Of a stretch of 64,000 bases of DNA, positions 26,628-35,839 are shown piece by piece. Position numbers and translations under genes: made by a program. Origin of the DNA: Terriglobia bacterium (lineage in GTDB: Bacteria; Acidobacteriota; Terriglobia; JAJPHL01; JAPKYU01). The notes below the pieces were generated by a model, which worked only from the letters and a program-made list of their open reading frames with translations, ran no database searches and had not been told where the DNA came from. The first letter of the stretch is position 1, and each line of letters begins with the position of its first letter. The stretch spans positions 128,001 to 192,000 of the forward strand of contig CBDBKE010000004.1 of assembly GCA_965206645.1 (NCBI GenBank), written 5' to 3'.

Positions 26628-27728
26628 TTACTGAAGAATCGGAAGGAAGGGGCGGTCAGCGATCTGTCGGTGGAAGGACTCGGCCCAGCGGCCCGGAACG
26701 GCGACAGAGCAAGTGGGGCAGCGGCCCTCCCGGGTCAGCCGGTAGTCACGGATGCGGTAGCCGTAACGCTCCACCAGCAGGTCGCCGCATGCCGGGCAAT
26801 AGGTGTTCTCCAGGGTGCCCACCCTCCCGGGCAGATTGCCGGCGTAGACGTAGCGCAGCCCGGCGCGCTTGCCGATCTGGGCGGCCCGAACCAGCGTCTG
26901 TGGCGGCGTGTCGTCCGGGTCCAGCATCTTGTAATCCTTGTGGAAAGCAGTGACGTGCCAGGGAATGTCGGGCGAGATGTCAGCTAGAAACTCGGCCATC
27001 CGGGTAAGTTCCTCATCCGAGTCATTGAAGCCGGGAATGACCAGGGTGACGATCTCCAGCCAGAAGCCCATCTGGTGAATGAGCCGGATGCTCTCCAGGA
27101 TCGGCTGCAGCCGCCCGCCCAGTTGGCGATAGTGGCGGTCATCGAAACTTTTCAGATCCACCTTGTAGAGGTCCACCCAGGGGCGGATGTATTCCAACAC
27201 CTGCGGGGTGGCGTTGCCGTTGGAGACAAAGCCGGTGAGCAGGCCAGCGGCGCGCGCCTCCTGGAAGACGGCCACAGCCCACTCGGCGGTGATCAGCGGC
27301 TCGTTGTAAGTGCTGACCACCGCGTCGCCTCCCATCTCGCGGGCAAGCTTCACCAATTGGGGCGGGCTGGTCAACTCAGGCGGCGCTACCGCACCGGGGT
27401 CGCGGATGGCCTGGGAAGTCACCCAGTTCTGGCAGTAGGAGCAGTGCAGGTCGCAGCCCAGCATGCCGAAGCTGAACGCCAGCGCGCCCGGCCGCACGTG
27501 GAAAAACGGCTTCTTCTCGATGGGATCGCACTGGATGCCGCCCACGTAGCCCCAGGGCACGTACAGTCGGCCGCCCCGGTTGAACCGCACCTTGCAGACT
27601 CCCGGCTGCCCCTCCGGAATGGGACACTGGTGGCCGCAGGCATAGCAGCGGATGCGGTTGCGCTCCAGTGGCTCCCACAAGACGCCTTCTCGCACGTGCT
27701 GGGCCAGGACTTCAGCCAGGGTGGACAT
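26628..27728 (-). CDS. amrS: AmmeMemoRadiSam system radical SAM enzyme
   Basis: N-terminal CxxCxxxC...C, DPIEKKPFFH, GCDLHCSYCQN (CxxxCxxC), TYNEP, YVYAGN and TYCPAC. Confidence 0.88.
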   Translation of the reverse strand: MSTLAEVLAQHVREGVLWEPLERNRIRCYACGHQCPIPEGQPGVCKVRFNRGGRLYVPWGYVGGIQCDPIEKKPFFHVRPGALAFSFGMLGCDLHCSYCQNWVTSQAIRDPGAVAPPELTSPPQLVKLAREMGGDAVVSTYNEPLITAEWAVAVFQEARAAGLLTGFVSNGNATPQVLEYIRPWVDLYKVDLKSFDDRHYRQLGGRLQPILESIRLIHQMGFWLEIVTLVIPGFNDSDEELTRMAEFLADISPDIPWHVTAFHKDYKMLDPDDTPPQTLVRAAQIGKRAGLRYVYAGNLPGRVGTLENTYCPACGDLLVERYGYRIRDYRLTREGRCPTCSVAVPGRWAESFHRQIADRPFLPILQ

Positions 27729-27769
27729 CCCCTGTTCACCTCCACCTAATTATACCTCCGCGTCGGGGC

Positions 27770-28558
27770 TTAGGGGTTACTGGCGGAGTCTCCCGTGTCG
27801 GTGGGGGTCTGGCTCGGAGCTGGAAACAGCAGGTAGCCGGGATTCGGCGGGAAGGTCTCTGCCAGCAGCTCCAGGCGTCGGCGCAGGTAGCGCGAGGCCA
27901 GTTGCTGCGGGCCGGGATCTACATTGATGTCGCAACAGAGTCCGTGCAGAAACAGGGTGAGCGTGTCTTCGAGCGCCTGGCGTACGTAGCGGCGCATGAG
28001 CTTGGTGTTGCGGCCGGGAAGGTGCTGGCGCCGCTGCAACTGCAGCTTCAAGTGCAAGCTGGCTTCGTCCACCTCACCTCGGGTGCCGCGGTTCAGCTCA
28101 TCCAGAACCAGGGTAGAGAAACGGAAAAACTCTTCCTCACGGAGCGCGCCGCAGGCCAAGCCAGACACCATGCTGAACAGCTCGTGGTGGTAGTCCGCCA
28201 CGTCTTGCTGTTCAACGGCAAACAGCAGGAACATTTCCTCGCGCACGTCGAAGATCGTGCGGCGCAGCAAGCGCTGGTTGGGGGGCTTCTCGAAGGCGAC
28301 CAGGCCGGGGCTGCCGGCCGTTCCCTTCTCCAGATGCGGCACCAGCAGCAGCCGCAAGGGCACCAGCCGCTCCAGCAGCGCGGTCGGGATAGCTTCCGTT
28401 GGTTCTTGCAAAAACTGGCGCTGCTGCTCGGCGTCCAAAGAGACGGCCTGGAAACAACTCAGATGCGAGGTCAGGGGAACCAGGTGGCGGCGGCACTGCC
28501 CCGCAAACTCTTCCACGGCGATCCGGGTGATGCTGGTGCTCTGCGGAGTGTCGCCCAT
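27770..28558 (-). CDS. Hypothetical protein
   Basis: 262-aa ORF with a plausible globular sequence, co-oriented with amrS; no family recognised. Confidence 0.6.
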   Translation of the reverse strand: MGDTPQSTSITRIAVEEFAGQCRRHLVPLTSHLSCFQAVSLDAEQQRQFLQEPTEAIPTALLERLVPLRLLLVPHLEKGTAGSPGLVAFEKPPNQRLLRRTIFDVREEMFLLFAVEQQDVADYHHELFSMVSGLACGALREEEFFRFSTLVLDELNRGTRGEVDEASLHLKLQLQRRQHLPGRNTKLMRRYVRQALEDTLTLFLHGLCCDINVDPGPQQLASRYLRRRLELLAETFPPNPGYLLFPAPSQTPTDTGDSASNP

Positions 28559-28750
28559 ACGCTTAGATGGTCCCGGAATCCTCTAACAATCTTATCATGC
28601 TGCTGGGACGCCTAGAGAAGGTCGGCCAGTGAACTTCCGGGTGATCCGCATCTTGCGGCATCTTGCAACCAGGCTTCCCTGTTTCGGCTGTAACTTGGGC
28701 TACAATTATGACAGTGCTAGGTGGCGCATCATGCGCCACCTGAATGAGGG

Positions 28751-28828
28751 CGGGGCGTAGCTCAGCCTGGTTAGAGCGCGTGCCTTGGGCGCACGAGGCC
28801 GGAGGTTCGAATCCTCTCGCCCCGACCA
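28751..28828 (+). tRNA. tRNA-Pro (anticodon UGG)
   Basis: CGGGGCG/CGCCCCG acceptor stem, D arm GCTC..GAGC, anticodon arm CGTGC-CTTGGGC-GCACG, GTTCGAATC T loop and encoded CCA. Confidence 0.96.
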
Positions 28829-28850
28829 TTCCTTTCCGTGACTTGCCGGC

Positions 28851-30974
28851 TCACTCACCGATGCTCCAGGGTTTGCCTTCGAAGTGCGGCGGCAGCGGCA
28901 CGCCGAACAGGTCCAGCGCGGTGGGCGCAATGTCCAGCAGCGAGGGCCGTTCGCAGTGAATCTTTTTGTCCGAGAACAGCACGCCGGGGACCAGCCGAGG
29001 GTCTATGCAGTGGTCGCCACTCCAGGCCTTGCAGTTGTCCTGGAACACTTCACTGCCGATCGTGCCCGTCACAGAGTCCCAGGCGGCGCGATAGCCCTCG
29101 TTGTAGCCGACGATCAGGTCTGGCGCATTGTCTCGATAGGGGCCGGAAAAGACCTTGCCGCTGTCAAACATCTCACGGATGGCCACCCGGCCGGTTTGCG
29201 GATCCACCAGCCCGCCGAGCTTTTCGCACAATTCGCGCTTGAGTTCCTCAGTTTCTCGGCCCGCAGTGACGATCCCGCCACGCTCACGCCCCTTTTGGTT
29301 GATGTAAACGCCGCTGAGTCCGAGTGCGTAGGCACGGGTCCGCTGCCAGTCCACATTGCGCAGCCACTCGGCACCGGGCTGAGTGCCGTCCTGCAAGGCG
29401 AGATACTCGTTTCGCCAAAGCCAAGTGTTGAGGTTGACACCGCGCTCGAAGGACTTGAACCCGTGGTCAGAAATCACCAATAAAATGGACTCCTCATCCA
29501 TCTGCTGGAGTGTGCGACCGACCAGATCGTCCATCCGGCGATATAGTTCCTCGATGACGCCGCTGAACGGATTCGCTGCGCCGTCTTTGCCGTCGGCCGG
29601 ATGGCCGCTGTCCAGATAGCGCCAGAACATGTGCTGCACCCGGTCGGTAATATCAAACACGCAGACGCAAAGACCGCGCGGCGTCTTCTCCAGCGCGTCG
29701 AAGAACATGCGTTCCCGCTCTTCGTGAATCAGGTAGCACTGCCGGAGAAAGGCCTCCTCGTCGAGCACGCCTTCGTTCAGTGCCCAGGTATCTTCAGCCA
29801 GCCCCAGCGTGGCGTAGGGCCCCAGGAGCTTGGATAGATAGATCGAGTAGGTGAACGGGTGTGAGATCGGCAACGCAGGCTTTCCGGGATGGATGTTGAT
29901 GGGAGTGACGTAGAGCTCCAGGTGTGGCTCGAGTTCCTTCAAGTAGAAGCGGCAAATGCCGTGCACCTTGATGCCCAGACCGGCCTTGAACTTCAACTCG
30001 ACCCACTCGGAATACTTCCCCTTGCGCAAGGTGATGCGCTGTCTCTGGATCTCGATGTCCGCCTCGCTCCGGGCAGCGTCTGAACGCACACGGAACGGAA
30101 TGCGCAATTCGCTATGTCGCGTCTTCAACAAATGGTTCTCCGGGCCGGGAATGTAGGACCGGAACAGGCCGCCCTCGGACTGCAACCGGAAGCGCAGGCC
30201 GCCCTGCGGGCCTTCGGTAGTGCCGTCGCGCGTCGTGTAGAAAGAAAAGGTTCCCTGGCTGCCCTTCAGGTCCGGGACGCACATGCTCGCCAGCAACACG
30301 CCGGAGAATTTTTCGGCGGGAAAAGTAATCGGGACGCGAAGCACGGAGCAGAAAACGTCTGCCTCTGCCAGGTAGTGCCAGAAGGGCTTGGCCTTGCGCA
30401 GCAGCCTGCTACGAGGGCGGCCCAGCGGAATCGCGTACTTTCCCAGAGCAAGGCTCCGGCGCGGCGCCCGAATTTCGACCGAGGAGAGGTAGGGAAGATA
30501 GGTGGCGCAATCCCTGGCCAGAAAGTCGTAGATGTTGTGCTTGCCGGGATTGACGCCGGTTTGAAACGAGGACCAGGCTACCGGGGAAATCGGCGGGCAA
30601 GTAGTCTGCAAAGGGAGAAAGGTGCCTCGATCGCGTAGCGCTGCCAGATGAGGCAATTTGCCCTCTTGCATGTACCTTGCGGCCAGCTCGGGGTCCATGC
30701 CATCCAGGCCCAGAACGACCACCCGTCGCACGCGGGCTTTGCGAAGAACTTTGCGGCGGCGCAGCAGTCGGCGAAGCTGTCTCAGCGGCCAGCTCAACAG
30801 GGCGAACAGGGAATACAGGAACGCCAAGAACAGGGTCAAAAACGACGACAGGACCGCGAAGCCAGCCCCGGGTCCAACGTACCCCCAAGCTTCCCCGGGC
30901 CATAGCAACAGGGCAGCAAGCGTGCCTGCCAGCAGGCGTCCGGTACGCGAGGTCTTTTGGTGCCTCGAAATCAT
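28851..30974 (-). CDS. AlkP-superfamily (NPP/phosphodiesterase-like, COG3379-type) protein A with signal peptide, YVGPG motif and TM anchor
   Basis: Motifs LGLDG, PPISPVAWSSFQTG (Ser nucleophile position), DRVQH, SDHGF and WSGDH. Confidence 0.85.
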   Translation of the reverse strand: MISRHQKTSRTGRLLAGTLAALLLWPGEAWGYVGPGAGFAVLSSFLTLFLAFLYSLFALLSWPLRQLRRLLRRRKVLRKARVRRVVVLGLDGMDPELAARYMQEGKLPHLAALRDRGTFLPLQTTCPPISPVAWSSFQTGVNPGKHNIYDFLARDCATYLPYLSSVEIRAPRRSLALGKYAIPLGRPRSRLLRKAKPFWHYLAEADVFCSVLRVPITFPAEKFSGVLLASMCVPDLKGSQGTFSFYTTRDGTTEGPQGGLRFRLQSEGGLFRSYIPGPENHLLKTRHSELRIPFRVRSDAARSEADIEIQRQRITLRKGKYSEWVELKFKAGLGIKVHGICRFYLKELEPHLELYVTPINIHPGKPALPISHPFTYSIYLSKLLGPYATLGLAEDTWALNEGVLDEEAFLRQCYLIHEERERMFFDALEKTPRGLCVCVFDITDRVQHMFWRYLDSGHPADGKDGAANPFSGVIEELYRRMDDLVGRTLQQMDEESILLVISDHGFKSFERGVNLNTWLWRNEYLALQDGTQPGAEWLRNVDWQRTRAYALGLSGVYINQKGRERGGIVTAGRETEELKRELCEKLGGLVDPQTGRVAIREMFDSGKVFSGPYRDNAPDLIVGYNEGYRAAWDSVTGTIGSEVFQDNCKAWSGDHCIDPRLVPGVLFSDKKIHCERPSLLDIAPTALDLFGVPLPPHFEGKPWSIGE

Positions 30975-30984
30975 GGGAAGGGCG

Positions 30985-31803
30985 TTAGAACTGGGTTCTA
31001 GTCACGGCCTTCGCCGCTAGCGTCCAGACCGTTACAAGAACAAAAAATGGAATCAGCCAGTGCCCCCGGTATGGTCCCAACTCAATGCTGCGCGGCGGGT
31101 ACCTCACCCGAATTGTTTCCAACGGGCCATCGGCAGGCAAGGGGAGTTCCCCGGGATGTAGCAGCGCCTGGAGCCAGTTGCTCTGGAGACGTGCGGCGGA
31201 GAGCCGGGCGAGATCAGGCGCGACCGTCACCTGTTTTGTGAAGCTCTGGCCTGCGGCCATCACCTCGACAAGAAAGTCTCCGTAAGTTTCCACTCGAATG
31301 CGCCAACTGATTTCCTTCTGCTCCGGAATTCGCACCGGCGAGGCGGAAAGCGCCAATCCATTGGGCAGGCGAAGCACCACCTGGTCCGCCGAAACGCGCC
31401 CGTCCAGACGGGCTTGCAGTAGAAACGTGTCGCGCGGCTGGAGGGCAGCCCGGCCCAGGCGCAGCTCAACCTGCGCCAGCAGTAACACCATCGGCACCAG
31501 CATCACTGCCAGGGGCTTCAGGCAATGCCGCAAGTAGGTGAGCGTGCAACGCAGGATGCGCCCGTAAGACCGCAGCACCACTCCCAACTGGTCCTGATAC
31601 AGGCGGACCGCCAGCACGTGCGCTTGCAGTCGGTCTTTCACCTGCCGTATGGCCTGCTGGTTGGAGGCGTACCGGAATACCAACACCAGGAAGGCGCCAG
31701 TGAACAAGGAAGAGGCTGCCAAACCGTAGCGCGGGTCCAGCGTCCGGAAGGGCCAAAACAGAAGATCAAAGAGGCCATTCACAAGGGACAGAAAAAACGG
31801 CAT
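30985..31803 (-). CDS. Membrane protein with DUF106/EMC3-like (Oxa1 superfamily) layout and an inserted soluble domain
   Basis: Amphipathic N-terminal helix, TM1, basic coiled-coil hairpin, TM2 starting KPLAVMLVPMV, a beta-rich insert of about 125 aa, and TM3 starting GHWLIPFF. Confidence 0.5.
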   Translation of the reverse strand: MPFFLSLVNGLFDLLFWPFRTLDPRYGLAASSLFTGAFLVLVFRYASNQQAIRQVKDRLQAHVLAVRLYQDQLGVVLRSYGRILRCTLTYLRHCLKPLAVMLVPMVLLLAQVELRLGRAALQPRDTFLLQARLDGRVSADQVVLRLPNGLALSASPVRIPEQKEISWRIRVETYGDFLVEVMAAGQSFTKQVTVAPDLARLSAARLQSNWLQALLHPGELPLPADGPLETIRVRYPPRSIELGPYRGHWLIPFFVLVTVWTLAAKAVTRTQF

Positions 31804-31857
31804 CGGGGGCGCCTTGAACCGCGTTCCTCTTCCGGCGTGTGGCCGGCCAGCAACTAT

Positions 31858-32064
31858 TCACTCGATATAGCCCAGGCCTTGCAGCCGCTTTTTCACTTCT
31901 TCCTCAGGATCGCGGCCTTCTTCCTCCGAACCCAGGAGGCGGGCGACCTCTTTTTCCAGCAGGTGAGTGACGAACTCCTCCGCCGAGGCGTAGTCGGCCT
32001 TTTCGGCGCAGGTCGTCACCTTATCAAACAACTCGTCGTCAATCTTGATGCGCGTACCGAACAT
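31858..32064 (-). CDS. Small RHH/CopG-like protein with C-terminal RLQGLGYIE motif
   Basis: 68 aa with strong GAGGAG RBS. N-terminal beta-helix-helix pattern, acidic linker, and tail EEEVKKRLQGLGYIE. Confidence 0.75.
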   Translation of the reverse strand: MFGTRIKIDDELFDKVTTCAEKADYASAEEFVTHLLEKEVARLLGSEEEGRDPEEEVKKRLQGLGYIE

Positions 32065-32088
32065 GCTGTGTCTCCTCGGCGCGGCGGC

Positions 32089-34110
32089 CTAGTGTGAACC
32101 CGTTGATGGAGCCCCGAACAACGACCTGCCTTCCATGTTCTCTGGTCTGGCGACCTGAAATTCGGCCAGGATCGTGGGAGCCACATCCCGCAGCTCGGGT
32201 GATTCGGCCGCGATCTTTTTGTTGCTCAGCAGGACCCCCGGCACCAGCGCAGGCTCCACGCAATGGTCGCCGCTCCACGGCTCGGTATTGTCTTCCAACG
32301 TCACCCGGGAAACTCCTCCCAGCACAGAAGCCCAGCCTACCCGGTAGCCGCGCGCATAGCCAATGAGCAGGTCCGGCGCGTCGCGGACTTTCGGACCTGA
32401 ATACACCTCAGTCGCCTGGTGGGCCCGGGCCACCACAGGCGACCCGGTGAGCGGATCGCGCAGCTCCTCCAGGCGGGCTGCGATCTCCGCCCGCAGCGCC
32501 TGGGCTTGTGTTCCCCGAGGCACAATGCCGTAACGCTCCCGGCCCTGCAAGTTCAGATACAGGGCGTTTAGCCCCAGCCCATAGGCGCGCGTCCTAGACC
32601 AATCCACATCGCGTAGGAATTCGCTTTCGCCACGTTCCGTTCCCGGTTTCAGTGCCAGGTAGCCGTTTTCCAGTAGCCAGGCGTTTAGATTGAGGGAACG
32701 ATAATAGGGCGCGAAGCCGTGATCCGACACTACCAACAGGGTGCCATGCGGATCCAGTTTCTCCAATACCTTGCCCACAACCCGATCCATCTCCCGATAC
32801 AAGTCTTCGAGGACGCCACCGAAATCGGCTGCCAGTTGCGTTTCGTAAGCGGGATGGCGCTCGTCCATGGCCCGCCAGAGCATATGCGCATTCTGGTCCA
32901 AGGTGGAGAAATAGAAGAAAAACAGCCCGTCACGAAAGCGGCCGAGTTCGATATCAAAAATTCTTAGGCGCTCGTCCAGCACCATGCGTGCCTGCTGCAC
33001 GTATTCCTTATCGGTCCAGATGCCGCTGGAGAGAGCTTTGGTGTCTTCGGCGATCCCTTGCGTATAGAAGTAGCCGATTTGCTTGGACAGCTGACGCGCG
33101 TAGCGCTTGGGGGTAGACAAGGGCAAAGCCGGCCTCGAAGGATCTAGATTGATGGGGGTGACATACAGCTGAAACTGCGGACGCACCTGCTTCAGGTAAA
33201 ACTTGCAAATGCCCGCTACGCTCTCCAGATAGGGGATCAGCTCGAACGACAGCGGCACCCAATCGCTCCATTCTCCTTCCTCGAGAAGAATCTCCTGATC
33301 TTGAATCGCAATCTTGGCTGCCGGTTCCTGCGGATCGAGCCAAACGGCGAAGTTCACCGTCGCGGGAGGTTCACCCTGGCGAAACGGGTTGCGCGGGCCT
33401 TCCAGCCTTGCATCCACCCGCCCGCCCTCTACATCCACCGAGTAGATCCGCCCTCCGCTCACCGTGCCGGCCTCGACAAGCGGGTCGTCAGTGAAGAAGA
33501 AGAATGTCCCGTAGGTCCCCAAAAGGTCGGGAGTCCCCATGCCAGCGAACGTTCGTGCGTTCGACTCCACTGGGGGGAAGTTGGCGGGCATCCGAAGGAC
33601 GGTTGCAGGAATACCGTGGTCGTCCAAAACTTCCCAAAAGGCTTTCCCCTGCCGCAACAGAGTGACACGGCCGCCGGAAATGGGAACCACCCACTGGCCT
33701 AAGCGCAGGGTGTACTTGGGAGGTTCCACGCGGGAGGTTGAAAAGTAAGGAAGCAAAGTATCCGGATCGCGGTGGACGAAGTCAAAGATGCCGTGCACGC
33801 CCGGATTGGTGCCCGTGATCAGGTTGGACCAGGCCACCGGACTTTGCGGTGGAGTGCTGGTGCCCAGCCGGCGGAAGCTGCCGCTCGCGGCCAACTTGGC
33901 AAAATTGGGCAGCTTGCCTTCCTGCATATAGCGCTGAAGAAGTTCCGGGTCCATCCCATCGATTCCAAGCACGATCACCTGCTTGGCGGGCATGCCGTTT
34001 CCCCGGGGGGCAAGCCAGCATGCTGCGGCTCCCAAGGCAGCGGAGAGCACCAGGACCAGCGCCAGCAGCCTGGCCTCCCCTGAAACGCCTGTAAGCCTGC
34101 TCCGTATCAT
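32089..34110 (-). CDS. AlkP-superfamily protein B, exported (signal/possible lipoprotein)
   Basis: Hydrophobic signal ending LGAAAC; motifs LGIDG, PPQSPVAWSNLITG, DQNAH, SDHGF and WSGDH. Paralogue of protein A. Confidence 0.85.
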   Translation of the reverse strand: MIRSRLTGVSGEARLLALVLVLSAALGAAACWLAPRGNGMPAKQVIVLGIDGMDPELLQRYMQEGKLPNFAKLAASGSFRRLGTSTPPQSPVAWSNLITGTNPGVHGIFDFVHRDPDTLLPYFSTSRVEPPKYTLRLGQWVVPISGGRVTLLRQGKAFWEVLDDHGIPATVLRMPANFPPVESNARTFAGMGTPDLLGTYGTFFFFTDDPLVEAGTVSGGRIYSVDVEGGRVDARLEGPRNPFRQGEPPATVNFAVWLDPQEPAAKIAIQDQEILLEEGEWSDWVPLSFELIPYLESVAGICKFYLKQVRPQFQLYVTPINLDPSRPALPLSTPKRYARQLSKQIGYFYTQGIAEDTKALSSGIWTDKEYVQQARMVLDERLRIFDIELGRFRDGLFFFYFSTLDQNAHMLWRAMDERHPAYETQLAADFGGVLEDLYREMDRVVGKVLEKLDPHGTLLVVSDHGFAPYYRSLNLNAWLLENGYLALKPGTERGESEFLRDVDWSRTRAYGLGLNALYLNLQGRERYGIVPRGTQAQALRAEIAARLEELRDPLTGSPVVARAHQATEVYSGPKVRDAPDLLIGYARGYRVGWASVLGGVSRVTLEDNTEPWSGDHCVEPALVPGVLLSNKKIAAESPELRDVAPTILAEFQVARPENMEGRSLFGAPSTGSH

Positions 34111-34156
34111 TTCGCTGGTCTGCCAGGTTTCGCGCTTGCGTTCATTGGTATTGCCA

Positions 34157-35569
34157 TCATGCCCTACCGCTGAGGTCCGCCTGCTTGCTGACCAATCCTT
34201 TGACCAGCGAACGCCCCTGGACAGTCCCTGGGATTTTGTAGCCGGCCAGATCCAGCAGTGTCGGGGCGATATCCAGCAGGCCGGCGCCTTCGTAGGTGCC
34301 GCTCAGCGGACAGTTGGGAGCCACAAGCAGGAACATGCCGAACTGGGAGTGGTTGCAGGCGTCCGGACCCGTGTCGTTCTCCGCCACGTGCACCCGGCCA
34401 TGGCCTACGCTACCGATCGAGCGCCAGTACAGACCACCCAAGTGCACGATGAGGTCCGGCGCGACGTTCCGCACATGGCGGTAAATTTCCTGTGGTTTGA
34501 AAACCACCGAGTTCAGCGGCCGTTCCCGATCGTCGGTAAGCGCCTCGAATTCGACCTTCATCTCGTCCTGCAGGGCCTCATAGTCGGACGGCAGAACCAC
34601 ACCCTGCGGCTCGCGCCCCTTTACGTTAAAGAACACGCGGGCGTAGTAGCCGCCCTCGCTCCACGCTTTGGTTTTCGCCCAGTTCACCTTCAGCTTCTCA
34701 AAGGGCGTGACCGCGTTGGGAAACTCCTCTACCACCAGCAGCCCCTTGCGGATCAGCCACTCGTTGATCGCGAAGCCACCGTCCAACCGCTGGGCTCCGT
34801 GGTCCGACACCACCAGCAGAATTGTCTCGCGATCCAGCAACTCGACGACGGCGCCGAGTTGTTCGTCAATCCAACGATAGTATTCCGGAATGACACTCTC
34901 ATATGGGTTTCCTGCTTCGTAATGCCGGTGTTGTGAGTCAAAATATTGCCAGAAGCCATGGTGCACGCGGTCCAGGCCGATATCCACGAAGTGAAAATAG
35001 TCCCACTCCTGCTCTGCGAGCAGCCAGCGCACCACCTGCCATTGCTTCTGACTCATCCGGAAAATCTCTTGTTTCAGCCACTGCTTGTCCTTGGTGCGGA
35101 AGCCCTTGACGTCCACCGGGTATTCCCCCACCCGCTTGCGGATCTGGGCCTGGAGGCTGGCCGGGTAGGTGAAGGGGTCCCGGGTCGGGTCGGGTGTCAG
35201 GAAGCAGCCGATGCTGAGGCCGTGGACGCGCCGGGGCGGGTAGTTTGGTGGTACGCCCACCAGGATGGACCGCTTCCCCTGACGCGCCAAGTGATCCCAG
35301 ATGGCCGCCTGCTGGATAGAAGTGGAATTGGCAATGCTGAGCCGGCTGTAGGAGTGGTCGGTCCGGTTGCGGAAGCCGTAGACGCCGAGCGACCCTGGAT
35401 CCTGGCTCGTTGCCATGCACATCCAGGCCGGCACCGTGATGGGTGGAATGACGCTTTCCAGGCGCCCATACACACCCGCCTGCATCAGCCGTCGGATGTT
35501 GTGCAGCCGCTCGTCCCCGAAGATGATTTCCGGGGCGGCGCAGTCCAATCCCAGCACGCAGATTCTCAT
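34157..35569 (-). CDS. AlkP-superfamily protein C, cytoplasmic
   Basis: Starts directly at MRICVLGLDC with no signal peptide; motifs PPITVPAW (Thr nucleophile position), DRVHH, SDHGA and DACNH. Confidence 0.85.
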   Translation of the reverse strand: MRICVLGLDCAAPEIIFGDERLHNIRRLMQAGVYGRLESVIPPITVPAWMCMATSQDPGSLGVYGFRNRTDHSYSRLSIANSTSIQQAAIWDHLARQGKRSILVGVPPNYPPRRVHGLSIGCFLTPDPTRDPFTYPASLQAQIRKRVGEYPVDVKGFRTKDKQWLKQEIFRMSQKQWQVVRWLLAEQEWDYFHFVDIGLDRVHHGFWQYFDSQHRHYEAGNPYESVIPEYYRWIDEQLGAVVELLDRETILLVVSDHGAQRLDGGFAINEWLIRKGLLVVEEFPNAVTPFEKLKVNWAKTKAWSEGGYYARVFFNVKGREPQGVVLPSDYEALQDEMKVEFEALTDDRERPLNSVVFKPQEIYRHVRNVAPDLIVHLGGLYWRSIGSVGHGRVHVAENDTGPDACNHSQFGMFLLVAPNCPLSGTYEGAGLLDIAPTLLDLAGYKIPGTVQGRSLVKGLVSKQADLSGRA

Positions 35570-35839
35570 CGCTCGACCGGCGTCGGGCAGCGACCGGTGT
35601 CAGGCAACAAATTGACGCTCCCCTTTTCGCTGGAGTATGTTACTAGATTCCAAAGGGACGAATGGCCAGTAGAGGCAGAAATTCCCGGCGCACGATTGCG
35701 GTCGATTTTGAGGGGGTGATCGCCCAGTACGACGGCTGGAAGGGCCGGGGTGTGCTGGGCGGGCGCCAGTGAGGACTTTCTCGCCTCGGCTGTCTGAGTG
35801 CTGCAAGGCTCCGCTGTTGCGTCCCATTCCTGGAGGATC

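Noticed and set aside
28851-35569. AlkP paralogues as formylglycine sulfatases
   Set aside because: No (C/S)xPxR motif; they carry NPP-like PPx(S/T)xxAW instead.
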